A stretch of DNA of 64,000 bases from Rhynchobatus australiae. Lineage: Eukaryota. Shown in pieces: positions 47,200 to 59,989 of the stretch. The stretch's first letter is position 1, and each line of letters starts with the position of its first letter. The notes under the pieces are model-generated. The model was not told the origin of the DNA and made no database searches. It was given only the letters and a program-made list of their open reading frames with translations. The translations under genes and the position numbers were made by a program. The stretch covers positions 30,768,322 to 30,832,321 of the forward strand of contig JAUZTB010000042.1 in the NCBI GenBank assembly GCA_034780895.1, given 5' to 3'.

Positions 47200-48995
47200 T
47201 GTGTAGCAATGAATTATAATGAACACCTCTCTTAAGCAGAACCTGGAGCACAATGACAACTTTCTTCCATTGGGTTCTAAGGTGCCTGAAGAGTACGCTA
47301 TGGGATCTGCAGGCTGTGCTATACAGCTGCTTGATAGGGCAGGTGGATTGGTGGTGTGTCCTTCTTCCGCTGTTCGCTCACAACCTCCTCATTGCTCCTG
47401 TTATGGAGATTTGAGATGCTCAGATGCTCTCTCACTACTTTGAGTGGCCACTGACCAGGGATTCCTGAGAGTCAGAGAGAATGTTAAATATTTCCCAGGA
47501 GATTTTGAGAATGTACTTGAAGCTGTTTCTGCATATCTCTTGCTGGGTCAGAGCTTGGAGTAGTGAGCATGTCTCGAGAGTGTGGAGTCAGCTATGCAGA
47601 CGATGTGGCCAGACCACTGAGGAAGTTGAGCTCGATCAGAGTTTTGATGCTGTGGATGTTAGTCTAGGAGAGGACACTGACCTTGGTTTACATATCCAGA
47701 CAATTAAGTTAGAGGATATTGTGGAGATAGCACTGGTGGTATATCTCTAGTGTTTTGAGGTATCTACCATAGCTTGTCCACGTCTCTGAAGCATACAGTA
47801 GGATGAGGATTCTGCTGCTTGGTAGACCACGACCTTGGTGTCAGTTGAAGATTGGACTTTGAATATCCTTGGCCCATGCTACTCTGGTGCATTGGAGGTG
47901 ATGGTGGATTTCATCACTTTTGTCTGCCTGAGAGATGGCTCCCTGGAAATGGGAAGTGATCCACCATGTGGCTCACCTATCACCTGAATTCATCTATCAC
48001 CTGCCTGCGTGTGCTCCTCTCCCTCCCCCTCCCCCGACCTTCTTATTCCGGCTTCTGCCCTCTTCCTTTCCAGTCCTGATGAAGGGTCTCGACCGGAATC
48101 ATAGATGCTGCCTGACCTGCAGAGTTCTTCCAGCATTTTGTGTGTTGCTCCAGATTCCTGCATCTGCAGAATCTCCTGTGTGTCCACAATTTCCAGGGTG
48201 TCCTCGTGGATCTTGATTGGTAGAGGGTGATGTTGTGCATGACGGGACAGGTGGGTAGAGGACTTTTGTTTTCTGGATATTTAGCGTCAAGTCCATCCTC
48301 TTGTACACCGATACTGTCTGCATATTGTAAATCAACAGCTGAGGTTGGGGCGATCTTGTTACTGGATTGGAGATGGCAAAAAATTAACAGAAAAGGGTTG
48401 GCACAATGACACAGCCTCATTTGATACCAGTTTGTACTGGGGTTGGCTCTATGGTTTACCCCTTGGATACGATCACGGCTATGCATGTCTCTGAGTAGCA
48501 ATGTAGTACGGTAATGAACTCTGAGAATAGCCAAATTTGAGCAAGGTTTTCTGCAATCCTCATTTGAGGGAGTTGAAGGCTTCTGTGATGTTGAAACTGG
48601 CAGCAGAACTGGACTGGAAGAAAGTCATCCTTGTCCTTGGGGTTCTGCATAAGAGATGAGAGGTGCTCATTATAATTCAAAGAGTTTGATAAACAAGAAG
48701 CAGTTGATGCTGCTCCCTTCATTTTTTTTGGATTTGTTACATTGTGAACATCATAGCCATTGTGACGCTGGGAGGATCTCTGTGCACTGGAAGGGGATAA
48801 TTGCAGAAGATTCTTGCATTGACTTCCCTGCGGCCAACAGCAAAGAAACCACTCTGTAAATACTGTAATTGGAGCCGTCTCCTTTCGTGAAGATGGTCAC
48901 AATTACACTGTCTCTGAGATCCCCTGGCATGCTCTCCTCTTCCCAGATGAGGGAGAAGAGGTCATGAATTTCCATCAGAGCTGCTTCTTCATCAA
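47200..48995 (-). mobile_element. RTE-clade LINE, large decayed RT fragment
   Basis: ORF 48751..48975(-) reads IWEEESMPGDLRDSVIVTIFTKGD..YRVVSLLLAAGK; also DLQYADS (YADD remnant), LTLNIQKTKVL and IKIHEDTLEIVDHFP; the C-terminal part runs to about 47200. Confidence 0.9.
47965..48187 (+). mobile_element. Penelope 3'-end insertion into the RTE with TCCAC duplication
   Basis: cacctatcacctg...ccagtcctgatgaagggtctcgacc...gatgctgcctgacctgcagagttcttccagc; TCCAC at 47960-47964 and 48183-48187. Confidence 0.85.
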
Positions 48996-51231
48996 GTTTT
49001 AAAAATAAAACAACTCAGACACCATTACAGATTGGATATTACTGTGTGAGATTGGTAATAAGAAAGAAAGCAGGAAACTAAAGGAGAAGAAAGTAATTTA
49101 ACTTAAGCTTTTCCCCTAAATGAAATGCCTTTCTCACAACCTCAGTTCTACTGCTTACCACAACTCTCGCTCCCCAAGCTGCAGTAAGATTGCAGGAGAC
49201 CTTTGTAGCTGAAACCCAGCAGTTTATTAAGACAAACACATGGCAATTTGAACAAGTAAATACTTCCGCTTCATGCACAGCAGGAGGGAAATGATCACAG
49301 CAGGGGAGGCGCTGAATGCTGAGCTCCCATCTATAATGTGCATTCCCATATTTCCTGAGCTTCTCACCACAATGACCCTTCAAACGTATGTTCTGCAAAG
49401 CATGTTGTAGGGTGTGCAGGGAGTAATGAGTAAAACATCAAAAACAAGTGGCAGCAGCATTCATTTTGCTACAGACTAGTGACAGGACAGCCAAAGGCGT
49501 GGAATGCATTAAACAGAATTCCTCCACATGAACTGAGAGCTTCATGCATAAGGCAGATCCAGGCCTTGGCAAATGAACAAGAGGCATCAAAGGGAGAGTG
49601 AGCTGAAGATTACAGATAGAAACGGGGGAAAAAGAAACCAAGAGATTTTGTGGGCACCAAGGGGAAGAAGGAAGCACCATGGAAATAAACAACATCAGAG
49701 AGCAGAAGTACTTCAAAAGGAGAAGGATAAAGAGGAGTCAGAAGCAGAAGGAACATAGGGAGAAAGAAACAATAACATACAAACTGGAGAAGCTCAGTAA
49801 AGAGCCAAACTGATGCGGAGATAATGCACCTAATCAATAATTCAAACATGTTCTGCATTAAACTTTGATAATTGTTCTAGTATAAAAATGTAGCAGAACT
49901 GAAAACAGTTTATCTCAAAACCTCCCTGGTCTGACAGAAACACATAGAAGACCCAAATATATGCAGCAGATATAAGGGAAGAAATACTGCTGGAAGACTG
50001 CTGGCTAGAGAACAGGAGAACGCTCGAACTGAAAGGAAATCCTGTGCAAGGGAAGGCATTGGATTATGGGAATAGTTTTTAACCTAGACCTCTGACATTC
50101 TTAAATGTGCTTCAGGAGTCATACTGAGTCACTCTGGTGTATGTTGCTCACATTCCTACCTTCCCTTTCTCTTGCTATGTGTTACAGGAGAAGCCTAATA
50201 AGATGGGATAATAAGATTCCAGATGAAGAACAATGGAAGAGTGATGACAGAAAATTAAAAAATAAACTATGTTATGAAATCACCCCCTTCCAATGGTTCC
50301 ATGAATCTGTCATAAATAAATAAATGCAATAAATATTGTAGCAGTGAAAAGTATCCTGCCTCTCAGAACCCCTTTGCGAATTAGTCATTCTTCANNNNNN
50401 NNNNNNNNNNNNNNNNNNNNNNNNNNNNNNNNNNNNNNNNNNNNNNNNNNNNNNNNNNNNNNNNNNNNNNNNNNNNNNNNNNNNNNNNNNNNNNTCATTC
50501 TTCATTTTGCCATTTTTCTCCCCTTTTCATTTCTTCCCTGTTGCAGGCCACACACAGTTACACAGAGTAGGGTGTTAGTGAGAGCGGTGCCGCAATGGTA
50601 TCGTGCAGCAATAACCTGAGATTCCATCACAATCTCCCTCTGCTGTGGACAGGGCAAGTCACCAACGCACCACAAAGCAGATACAACACTGCTTGTAAAG
50701 ATCAATATCTGCATATCAACGAATAATGGAGAGGATTAACTTGGTTAAATACTAAGTATTTTAAAAGTAAACTACGTTATGAAGTTTTTAAAAAGTATTT
50801 AACACAATCTGTAATGTAGTTGATGGGTCGCACCATCAATACTAGGCTTCTGGCCAGCCTTGGGTTCTCCACTCACCAGAAACCTCAGGCCAGGCAAAGC
50901 TGTGCTATGTTTGCCCTAACGTACATCAAGGGGAACTTAATTTGTGCTTGCTGATATATATGGTGGCATATATAGTGGCACAGAATTTCTTGCCAACAGT
51001 GAGCTGCCTGCTCTTGCTATTTACCTACATGGCCATACTATTTTCCACTTGCAATCCTTAAAATTAGGGCCCCACAGGCAGCAGGGCCTTGTGTGATATA
51101 ATGTCATCATGACCAGTAGAGTGTCAGAACAAGTCTCCGGCATTCAAAACATATTGAAATCNNNNNNNNNNNNNNNNNNNNNNNNNNNNNNNNNNNNNNN
51201 NNNNNNNNNNNNNNNNNNNNNNNNNNNNNNN

Positions 51232-51405
51232 GGTGGAGGCAGATACATTGGACAGGTTCAAGAGATTGTTGGATAGGCATATGGAGGAGTGTGGGATAGA
51301 GGGATATGTGGGAGGAAAGGTTTGATGGGCGGAGGTGTGGTTTGATGGGCGGCACAACACGGTGGCCGAAGGGCCTGTATTGTGCTGTATTGTTCTATGG
51401 TTCTA
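51232..51405 (+). mobile_element. CR1 3' end
   Basis: ggtggaggcagatacatt...ggataggcatatgga...ggccgaagggcctgtattgtgctgtattgttctatggttcta. Confidence 0.88.
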
Positions 51406-52244
51406 CGGAAAATGGGAATTACAGCAAACTCTTGCTCTCCTGCTGGACTATATTAGGTGTCCAGCAGTGCAATACAAGCTGGAAAAAGGCAATGAAGAGT
51501 GGCCACATTTGGAACTTCTGTATTTGCATGGGAATCCTCAATGAGGTGGCACTTACATGGGGAACTGCTGACATTTCCCCACAAAAATCAGGCCCCTTGG
51601 TCCTGATCCACCAACATCTCAGATGAAACATTTGCAAGTTGTGTCGCTATCTCTTCATGTCCTTTCCCCTCTGTAACCATCTTTAGGCCCTTTACCTTTT
51701 AGCTATTGTCCACCCTTCCTCTCACTTCTCTTAAGTGTATTATAGATAGCTCTGACTTCATTTGCCTTGGCCCTAAGTTCTGGGATTCTATCCAGAACAT
51801 TCTTCACCATTTGTTCCCTCTTTAATTTCTTAAAAACTTTGCAAAGCTTCCAACCAACTCTGCAAAGATCCTCCTCTTTAGCTTACTGCTTATTGATACC
51901 TGATATATTTCTGAACTTACCTCAGAACATATTTGTATATCATAAGTAACTGCAAGTAGTTGGTGTAATCAGTGCAGGAATTCTCTAAAGCTCCATTTGT
52001 TACCAGATTCTACCTTTCCTTCTTTCCTTATGAGTTCACTCAACATTTCATTAAATTCTTCATATTGCCAAGCCACACAATCATTATTTTCTTACAGTGC
52101 AATAGTTGAAGCATTGCATCTCAAATTCCTTCCTGTTTCTTAATGGTCTCACCCTAAACTACCAGTGCTTGGCTGTTCTCAGGATGTGCAACTGTTTACC
52201 TTGATGGCCTGGATAAAATGGTAAACAATAACGATTGTCACTAC

Positions 52245-52385
52245 TTAACCCAGTCCAGATGAAGGGTGTCAACCCGAAACATCGACAGCCCATTTCCCTC
52301 CATTGATGCTGCCTGACCTTCTGATTTCTTCCAGCGCTTTGTGTATTGCTCCATATTTCCAGCATCTGTAGTCTCTTGTGTCTCC
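52245..52385 (+). mobile_element. Penelope 3'-end fragment with the best-preserved hammerhead-like motif
   Basis: cagtccagatgaagggtgtcaacccgaaacatcgacag...gatgctgcctgacc...ccagcatctgtagtctcttgtgtctcc. Confidence 0.8.
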
Positions 52386-54729
52386 AAACAATAACTATTG
52401 CTCTCATTACTGACTTGTATAATTAAATTGATTGAATCAAGTAAAACATCAACTTAAAATGGGTTTGTGTCCCATTAGAACAGGGCATCCTTTATGGAAC
52501 CATTTCTGATCTTCAATTCTATTGAAGTGTAGTATTATTCATATTAGTATAAAGAATATCATTAGACAGCATTAAACTATGCCAAAGTAATCTGTGTTGG
52601 ACTAAATAATAGGTTAAAACTTGGTGACTGATATTTAGCCAATTTTTTCCCAATGATTTCCATTACAAAGGAAAATTTCCACCCTGCTATTACAAGAAAG
52701 AAGCATATTAGGCCTTTTATTTACTCCTTCATCATCAATTCATCTGATATTTTGTATTCCAAGCATGTTGTGAATGAAATACAATCATCTCCAGAAAGAT
52801 GGGCAACATTATACCCTTGGCTAAAATGCACCAGGAGTTCCATTTGTGTGTGAATCAGGGACATGGGCCCCAGTCACATTTTCTGTTCGAAACCAAACAA
52901 TTAGTATGAAAAAAAATCAGCATCTGGACATTCTTATCCTCTTTGTTGCTTTGTTTCCAGCTGCCCGTTGTGTAACAGAGCTGATTCGTATGCTCACCCT
53001 CATCTGGCTCGCAGTCGAAATGTTTTTGAAGTGTGCTGGAGGATAAAAGTACACTGGCTTCAGTAACGCTGCATTGTAGAAATTTTCGTTACAAGTAGAT
53101 AGATATGTGAACCATACTTCTACCACAAACAGTTGGGAAAAATAGTTAATGGTGTGGCAATTAAATGGAAAAATAATGTGGTTAGGATCAAGGCTGTAGA
53201 CTATCAACACAATGCATACTAAAAAAAACTCATAAGATTCAGCCTATTGAATAAGATTACTCCTGTGTCACTGAGACTATGGAAGTACCAATACAGGAAG
53301 ACAATTGCTCAGGTCTGAATAATATAGGTCCTGACAAGAAATCTTGAAACCTTCTCTTTGATCAATTCTGAATTTGTGAGAAATTTTATCTGTTTTTCCT
53401 TGTTTTTCTGAAGAGATTGGGTAAACAAGTTCTCCAAATCTATGAGCATGCAAGTTATGATTGACTAATTAGGACCTGTACTCCATCAAGTGACTGTATT
53501 TTGTTATCCCAAGCAACTTATGTTTTATGGAAAAGCTGATTAAAACTTTGCCAACAGAAAAAAATAATGTTGTTTATAGTAACTGATGCCCTGGAACAAC
53601 AGTAGCCGGAGTTAATTTCATACATTAATTGAAAGATGCTAATCACAGCATTCTAGAAATACAAATAACTTGGACCCTTGTGATCTGTTATTTTTTGGCA
53701 TCCATTCATTTTCCTTGCATTAATTGTTGAAGTGAAATTAGCAGTCACTATTCCCTTTGTAGGTTCAAATCCATGGTTTTATGAATGGATTCAGTGCCGA
53801 GTTTGGTTGCTGGAGCCGCTTGAAACTTGGCAACTTCTGGGCTTTAGCTGATTGCAGAAATGATCCAAAATGATTGTTGGTGATTTAGGGCAAGTTGTTA
53901 CCAGGGCAGGAGCTGATCACTGCTTGGGAGGACTGATTGGGAGTATGCTGGATAACGGTTGTCTTCTGAGGCACAGTAACCATCATATGGNNNNNNNNTA
54001 CTTATTTCTATCTTATATGGGTTTTAGCACAAAATCTTGCCCAGTAAATCCCCACCGTAATCTTGGATTGCACTCAGATGGATGATCTCAGTCAGGGCAG
54101 GAAATTGGACAGAAGAATTCCTTCTGTTTCCTGGGTAATTGAGAGAAAAGTGATCCTGAAGGTTCTTAGCTCCTTTGGCTTGTCATGAACATAGTCCAAA
54201 TGTGTGATCATATCAGATGAAAACAATTTTCATCTTACCTATAATGGCCTTGAGCAGCAGATAGATTGGTGGCATTTTAATGAATCAGTTACCAATTGTG
54301 CCCTTGGCAGGTAGTCTCAATTGCCAGAGCATACATCAGACCGCAGCTCATGGTTTCCCATTTAAAGTACTGATTGAAATCCCATGGTATTCTCCTAAAT
54401 TCTCAGTATATTCTCTGGGTGGGTGATGCAGTTAAACTGGAAAATTAACTCTAAAGTTGCATCAAATTAACACAAGAGTGAGTTACCTGTTCTTTTGAGT
54501 AAAGTTGTATATCTGAATCTCAAAACGTAACAGGGGCAATAAATCAGATTCTGCACAAACAAATGATTTCCTGAGGCTTTACCCACACCATAACTGCAGT
54601 GGCAGTGCAGAGTTGTTTTGCTTCACACTAGAATGTAGTAGTCCAAATCTGCAGACTGTGTTTGATCTAACTTCTTATTTATATAATAGCCTATGTGTTT
54701 ATGTTATTGCTATTGACCCTAACTACCTA

Positions 54730-55130
54730 TAGAAGGCATTTCAAGGCACTGGAAAAAAAATACCAACTCTGGCTCCACAAAATCCTCTGAAGTCATTGGA
54801 TGGATAGGTAAGCCAATCTAAGTATCCTCTCCCAGGTCAACATCCCTGGCATTCAAGCCCTAATTACAGTCAGCTGTGTTGGGTAGGCCACATCATTCAT
54901 GTGCCCAATAACAGATTCCCAAAACAGATAGTCTTTTCCAAACTCTGTTTTGGGAACAAATTATCAGACAGACAGAGGAAAAGATTCAAGGATGTGTTCA
55001 AAGCCTCTCTGAAGAAATGCAATGTTCCTACTGGCTCCAGAGAATTGCTGGTCCCTGACCTGTTAAAGTGGAGAAGCAGCATTCAGGATGGTACTGAGAA
55101 CATCAATGCCACACATCAGAGAGAAAACAA
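54730..55130 (+). mobile_element. RTE LINE 3' fragment
   Basis: ORF 54901..55167 reads MPNNRFPKQIVFSKLCFGNKLSDRQRKRFKDVFKASLKKCNV..KWRSSIQDG. Confidence 0.85.
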
Positions 55131-56094
55131 GTCATGCTCAATCATAAGGGGTTGCCCAAGAAGATGAGTTGTAAAATAAATGCAACTTAGATGATTATAG
55201 AATTTTGTGCCTTGAAATTCAATGTCACAATGGCTGTTTCAGAGGCAAATAACAGATGCCTAAGGTCAGTGGTATTTTAAGACTCTTTGGGACCCTGGAC
55301 AAAATAGAAAATTGGATACCCCTCACACCCCACTGTGATTGGTGCTTGTACAAGGAGGAATTTGTAGGTGGAGCTAGTTCTGGGTAGGCCTTTTGGGTGG
55401 GGCAACAACCAGTGACACCATAAACTAGAGCATCTGAGGCTCTGTGGTGAAAACCATCTCTCGCAACAGTGGATATTGTATGAAAGTGGTACCACGTGAA
55501 GGAGGGAAAAGGAGGTATAATACAACATCTGTCAGTTGCCCATCCCTGAAACCTTACCACTCACTGAAAGCCCCATAGTTCTCAAAGTGAGAAATTACAT
55601 TTGATAGCAACTCTAAAGGTAATACTCCTGGACATTCAAAAACAAATGCATAAAAGCTAGGAGATTTTTAGAAGTTAGTGTTTATACCCTCCTATTTCCT
55701 CTCAAGAGGGGAAGCATTTCCCATTCCCCCAAGTCAGGAAGTCAGACACACTTCCCATCTCCTCCGCTTCACCCCTCCCTCATTAATTATTGTCCACATA
55801 CACGAGCCTGTCCCTGACAAGAGTGATATCTGGGAGGGAGACTGGGGCAGGGAGAATCATTCAGTTCATTCTCCATTCAATGTTTACAAGAATTCTTTGA
55901 AGTGCAGGAAGTGCCAGTTCAAGCCATGTGCCCATTGGGACTGTACCCTGTTATACATCAGCAGATGTGTGTCCACCAGTGCTGTATCCACCTTACTGTG
56001 ACAAACCTGTACCCACCAGTACTGTGCCCTGTGTACCGGGTCTCTGTTCCCTGGTGCCCTGGTCTAGGATGACATCCAGTGAATCCTAGAAACG

Positions 56095-56180
56095 AACGTT
56101 TCTGTGTTTCGGATCAGGACCCTTCAGGCCCTGCCTGGCCTGCTGAGTTCCTCCAGCATCATCATGTTTTTCATCTTCAA
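56095..56180. mobile_element. Collapsed Penelope-end foldback remnant
   Basis: gtttcggatcaggacccttca (antisense end motif) joined to gcctggcctgctgagttcctccagcatc (sense). Confidence 0.6.
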
Positions 56181-56184
56181 TTCA

Positions 56185-56522
56185 AGAGTCCCATTCTTTT
56201 CTCCACAGCCCTGCAATTGATTTTCCATTAAGTATCTACCCATCCCCTTGTAAAAGTCCTGATTGATTCTGTTTCCACCATCCCTAAAAGCCATGAGCTC
56301 CAAATCATATCTCCCCTCTGAGTAAAAACATCTTTTCTCGCATCCCCCTTATATCTTCTACTCAATAGTTTAAACCTATGCCCCAGTCCTTGAACCACTC
56401 ACTAATGGGAACAACCTCCTTCTATTTACCAAACTAGTTATGATCTTGTGCACTTTTATCAAAGCTCCTTCCAATCTTCTCTGTTCCAAGGAGAGAAACC
56501 TCCAGTTTCTTCAGCCTAACTT
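56185..56522 (-). mobile_element. Decayed CR1 3' fragment
   Basis: ccacagccctgcaa...ttccaccatccct...ctgagtaaaaa...tcttctctgttccaaggagagaaacctccag. Confidence 0.7.
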
Positions 56523-56744
56523 CGTGGGAGAAGACGGGTGCACCGCCTGCTGAACCATGCCAAGTTTGCTGAGTGAAATCATATATTCAAAGCAAGACTT
56601 TACAGCACATTATGTGGCATGAAATATTACTTCAATTATCAATGTTGCTGCAGTTTAGAATTAAATACAATTTAAGGTTGAGTTGTTCTGTTTGGATAGC
56701 ATCAGCGGGACGTGCATCTGTCAGCCTGTCTCATATGATAGTGA

Positions 56745-56915
56745 TGCATTAGTTAGAGTAAGAGCAAATTAGCTACAGTCAGAATATTGTAACAGTACAA
56801 TAATTACATTAAGAGTATAGTAAGTGCATTAACTACAGTTACAGTGCATTAACCACAACTGGAACAGTAAGAGTACATTATCCACAGTAAGTGTACTGTA
56901 AGATTACAGTAAAAT
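56745..56915 (+). repeat. Degenerate minisatellite (about 20-nt units ACAGTAAGWGTRCATTAAC)
   Basis: Recurrent agtaagtgcattaactacag / acagtgcattaaccaca / acagtaagagtacattatccacagtaagtgtac. Confidence 0.6.
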
Positions 56916-58179
56916 TGATTAAATCTTTCAAGGTTTTATGGATCATTACTTACACAGCAGTACTGCATGCAAGAGACTTGTACTGTAATGCAATTACGTC
57001 TGCAACACCTGTAAATGGAAATGTGAGGTTTTGACCATTGAACAGAAAGTTGGAGTGCTTGAGAGATTGAAAAAAAGATGCTGCTGTTAAACAAAAACAA
57101 TAAACTATGAAGTAAGTTCTATGCAACACATTTGATGCCTTTTAATGTGTTTTGTATTATCTGTTTTTTTTGCATTATCTGTAGAGGTGCTCTCCTCTGT
57201 TACCCTGGATAATCAAGAGTTGACTGCACTCTACCACATTCAGTGATGCTGCTTTGGAAGAAAAAAAAGAAATTTGACTTTCACACAATTGATTTGTGTC
57301 CTTATTTATTGAACCATCTAAAAAAATAATTAATCTGGTGGTAAATGTTGAAAAGATGTCTCTGTCCATCAGAAAGTCCTGGTGGCTCTCCAAACCAAGT
57401 GGAACAGCTACATTTCATTCCCCAGTGACAGAATGAAACAAGATAAGAGAGCACCAAAATTCACCCACATTGCTCAAGGTTTAAGCTGTTATTCACTGGT
57501 TCCACACCACCAGAAGTGGTTACCATGATCAGTCTGGGATCTTTTTCATTGTTGAAAGTTCTTCCTGCCTGTTGGCATAATGTGCTGGTTTGTTTTATCA
57601 TGTGGAATTGCTTAACATTGGAAAGTATCTCATCACAAGCATAGAATCTTATTTAAATTGAGTTTTCCATGTAGTCTGGATGTCCAATCCAACGTAATGG
57701 ACAATACATGGCTGGCATGTATTGAGCCTTCCCTCAGATACCAAATTGGATGCCTGGCACCCTCCATTTCACCTGGAAGGTGATTGCAATGTAATCAAAA
57801 TTTTACACTATTATCTTCAAATGATCATTGCTGTGCTGGAAATATTTCAAATAGCAGAAGGAAAATATGATTCCCGAATCCAAACAAGGTTTCATGAGGA
57901 TAAACTGACATAATTACAGTTTTTTCTGAGGTTTAAATAGGATTCGGACAGAGCAGGATGCCGGCCTTCTAAGTGTTGAAAGGAAAAGATACCATGCATG
58001 CAAGACTATTTTTCCTTGCCTTAGCCTGAACTCTAATCACAGAATATGATTACAAAATTGACCACAAGTGAATCAAAGGCTTAAGGTTTTTGTTTCTCCA
58101 TTTGGTAAATATGCAGAATAAACTCATTTATGTTGGTAAACTCTTAAAATTGAGCTGGATGTTTGCCATGGTTTTAAAG

Positions 58180-58332
58180 GCACCAAAAATTCTGCAAATA
58201 CTGAGTATGTCAGGCTGAATTAGTCAGAACTTTTCTGTTTTTCTCTCTCAATAGATGCTGCCAGGGAAGCTGAGAATGTCCAGTGTTTTCTGTTTTTTTT
58301 ATTCCTGATTTCCAGCATCACAATATTTTGTT
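58180..58332. repeat. Degenerate Penelope-end foldback element
   Basis: aaaattctgcaaatactgag..gtcaggc faces gatgctgcc..gctgagaatgtccagtgttttctg..ccagcatc. Confidence 0.55.
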
Positions 58333-58979
58333 TTTAAATACAGATACAGATTGTCAAGTAGCTTCACATCTGGAAGACAGAGCATGGGGAATGGATCAAA
58401 ATCAGGGTTCAACAGGGTTTAAGTAATATTCTCAAGATGTTCAAATTATTTATCTGATGCTAGTTCATCCCATTTGCATGAAATTTGTGTCTTGTGGGTG
58501 TACAGTGAAAGGTAAAGGCCCATAATGTTCCATTAATACTATCCCACTCCTGCAGAAGGGCAGAAATGGTCTTTAAACAGCTTTGAAAATACAGCCCAAA
58601 AAAGTAGTGAAACATGGAGAGTCTTATGGTGCTGGCTGGCATGTCCCTATGAAAAGCAAAACATGTGAGAGGAAACAGACCAGAGGAAATGTTTTGTCCC
58701 ACCCATGCACCAGTGAAAGAGAAATTTGCTGACTTTAAGAGATTCCCAAGGTATGTGCCACCCATTATTATTTTTAGTTTTATAATATTGAACTAGAAAA
58801 CACCTTAACTCCACCACAGCTTTAAGCTTTGGTAAACACCCTGGTCAATGGCAGTGCCCTTTGCAAGGATGCAGGCATTTCTGTGTTTGGGTAAAGCACT
58901 GTGTTTAACAGTCATGTATTTGCTTTGCCAAGAACTGTTGATGCAAGGTACTGAAATGATATAGATCCACAGAGGCTGA

Positions 58980-59262
58980 TACAACAGTGGCACAGCAGTT
59001 CCAGTAACCTGAGTTCGATCCTGACCTCCACTGGTGTGGAGTTTGCATGTTCTCTCCACAACTGCGTGTGTTCTTCCCAGATTCTCCATTTTCCTCCCAC
59101 ATCCCACAGATGTGCTGGTTGGTTAATTAGCTACCATTGAAAGTGTGTGGGAGGTTGGGGAAATTATGCATAAGAATAGCATACAGGGAATTAATGGGGA
59201 AATGGAATTGATGGGATTACATAGACTCAGTGGGCCAAATAGTTTCTTTCTACATCATAAAG
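58980..59262 (+). mobile_element. V-SINE (HE1-like)
   Basis: B box gagttcgatcc; V domain gtgtggagtttgcatgttctctcc...ttcctcccacatcccacaga; CR1-type tail gactcagtgggccaaat. Confidence 0.8.
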
Positions 59263-59989
59263 AAAATATAAAATAACATGTGAAATATGAAAAAAATTAG
59301 TTACACGAAACTCAGACTGCTTCTTCAGATGCCCCTTTTCCATTTGTTTGCAGGTAATAGGCAATGTGTACAAGATGGAGTGGTGTTACGTCACCCATAA
59401 ATCTTAAAGTCACTTTGAGTAGAGCACACTTGAGATGCTGATTCTGAAGGAATACTTTCCTAATTTCAAGGTACTCCAATCTATTGCATTTCATGTTTTA
59501 TCTTCTTACTCACATATTCATTCACTCCTTCACTCATGGGCATGTATAACAATTAGGATATCTCCTCCCCAACATGTTGCTGAAGGACACACATTAATAA
59601 TAGAAAGTGCCATGAAGCTTTTGTTTGTTGGTAAATTCAGACATTGTGATAATCCTTCACTGCAGGGTTCTGGATGATACTGCTCATTGTACAGTCTATA
59701 GTGAATGTACAGCTAAAGCAGCACCATCTACAGGTAGAAATTATTAAAGAACTAAACCCAGTCACATTTCTGCAGCATTGCTTGCATACTACTCCAGTTC
59801 TTCTCAATGCTTTCTTTAGCATGACCTCAATTTTTACAGCAGGACTGTAAATTTTTTGCAACCTCAAATGATGCCAGTGGTAAATGGAAGAATATCGAAG
59901 TAAAATTGCACCATAAAGTGATCACACAACACCATTTTTTAAAAATCTCAACAACCCCAAATTGGATCACAACCCCAGTTTGAGAATGA

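Noticed and set aside
49560-49800. Purine-rich tract encoding a charged 61-aa ORF (similar skew at 24480-24920)
   Set aside because: Low-complexity composition with no supporting splice structure or recognisable homology.
50930-51072. Possible Harbinger-type MITE termini (ggggaacttaattt / aaattagggcccc); similar at about 14000-14152
   Set aside because: The terminal matches are too short and degenerate to support without a family alignment.
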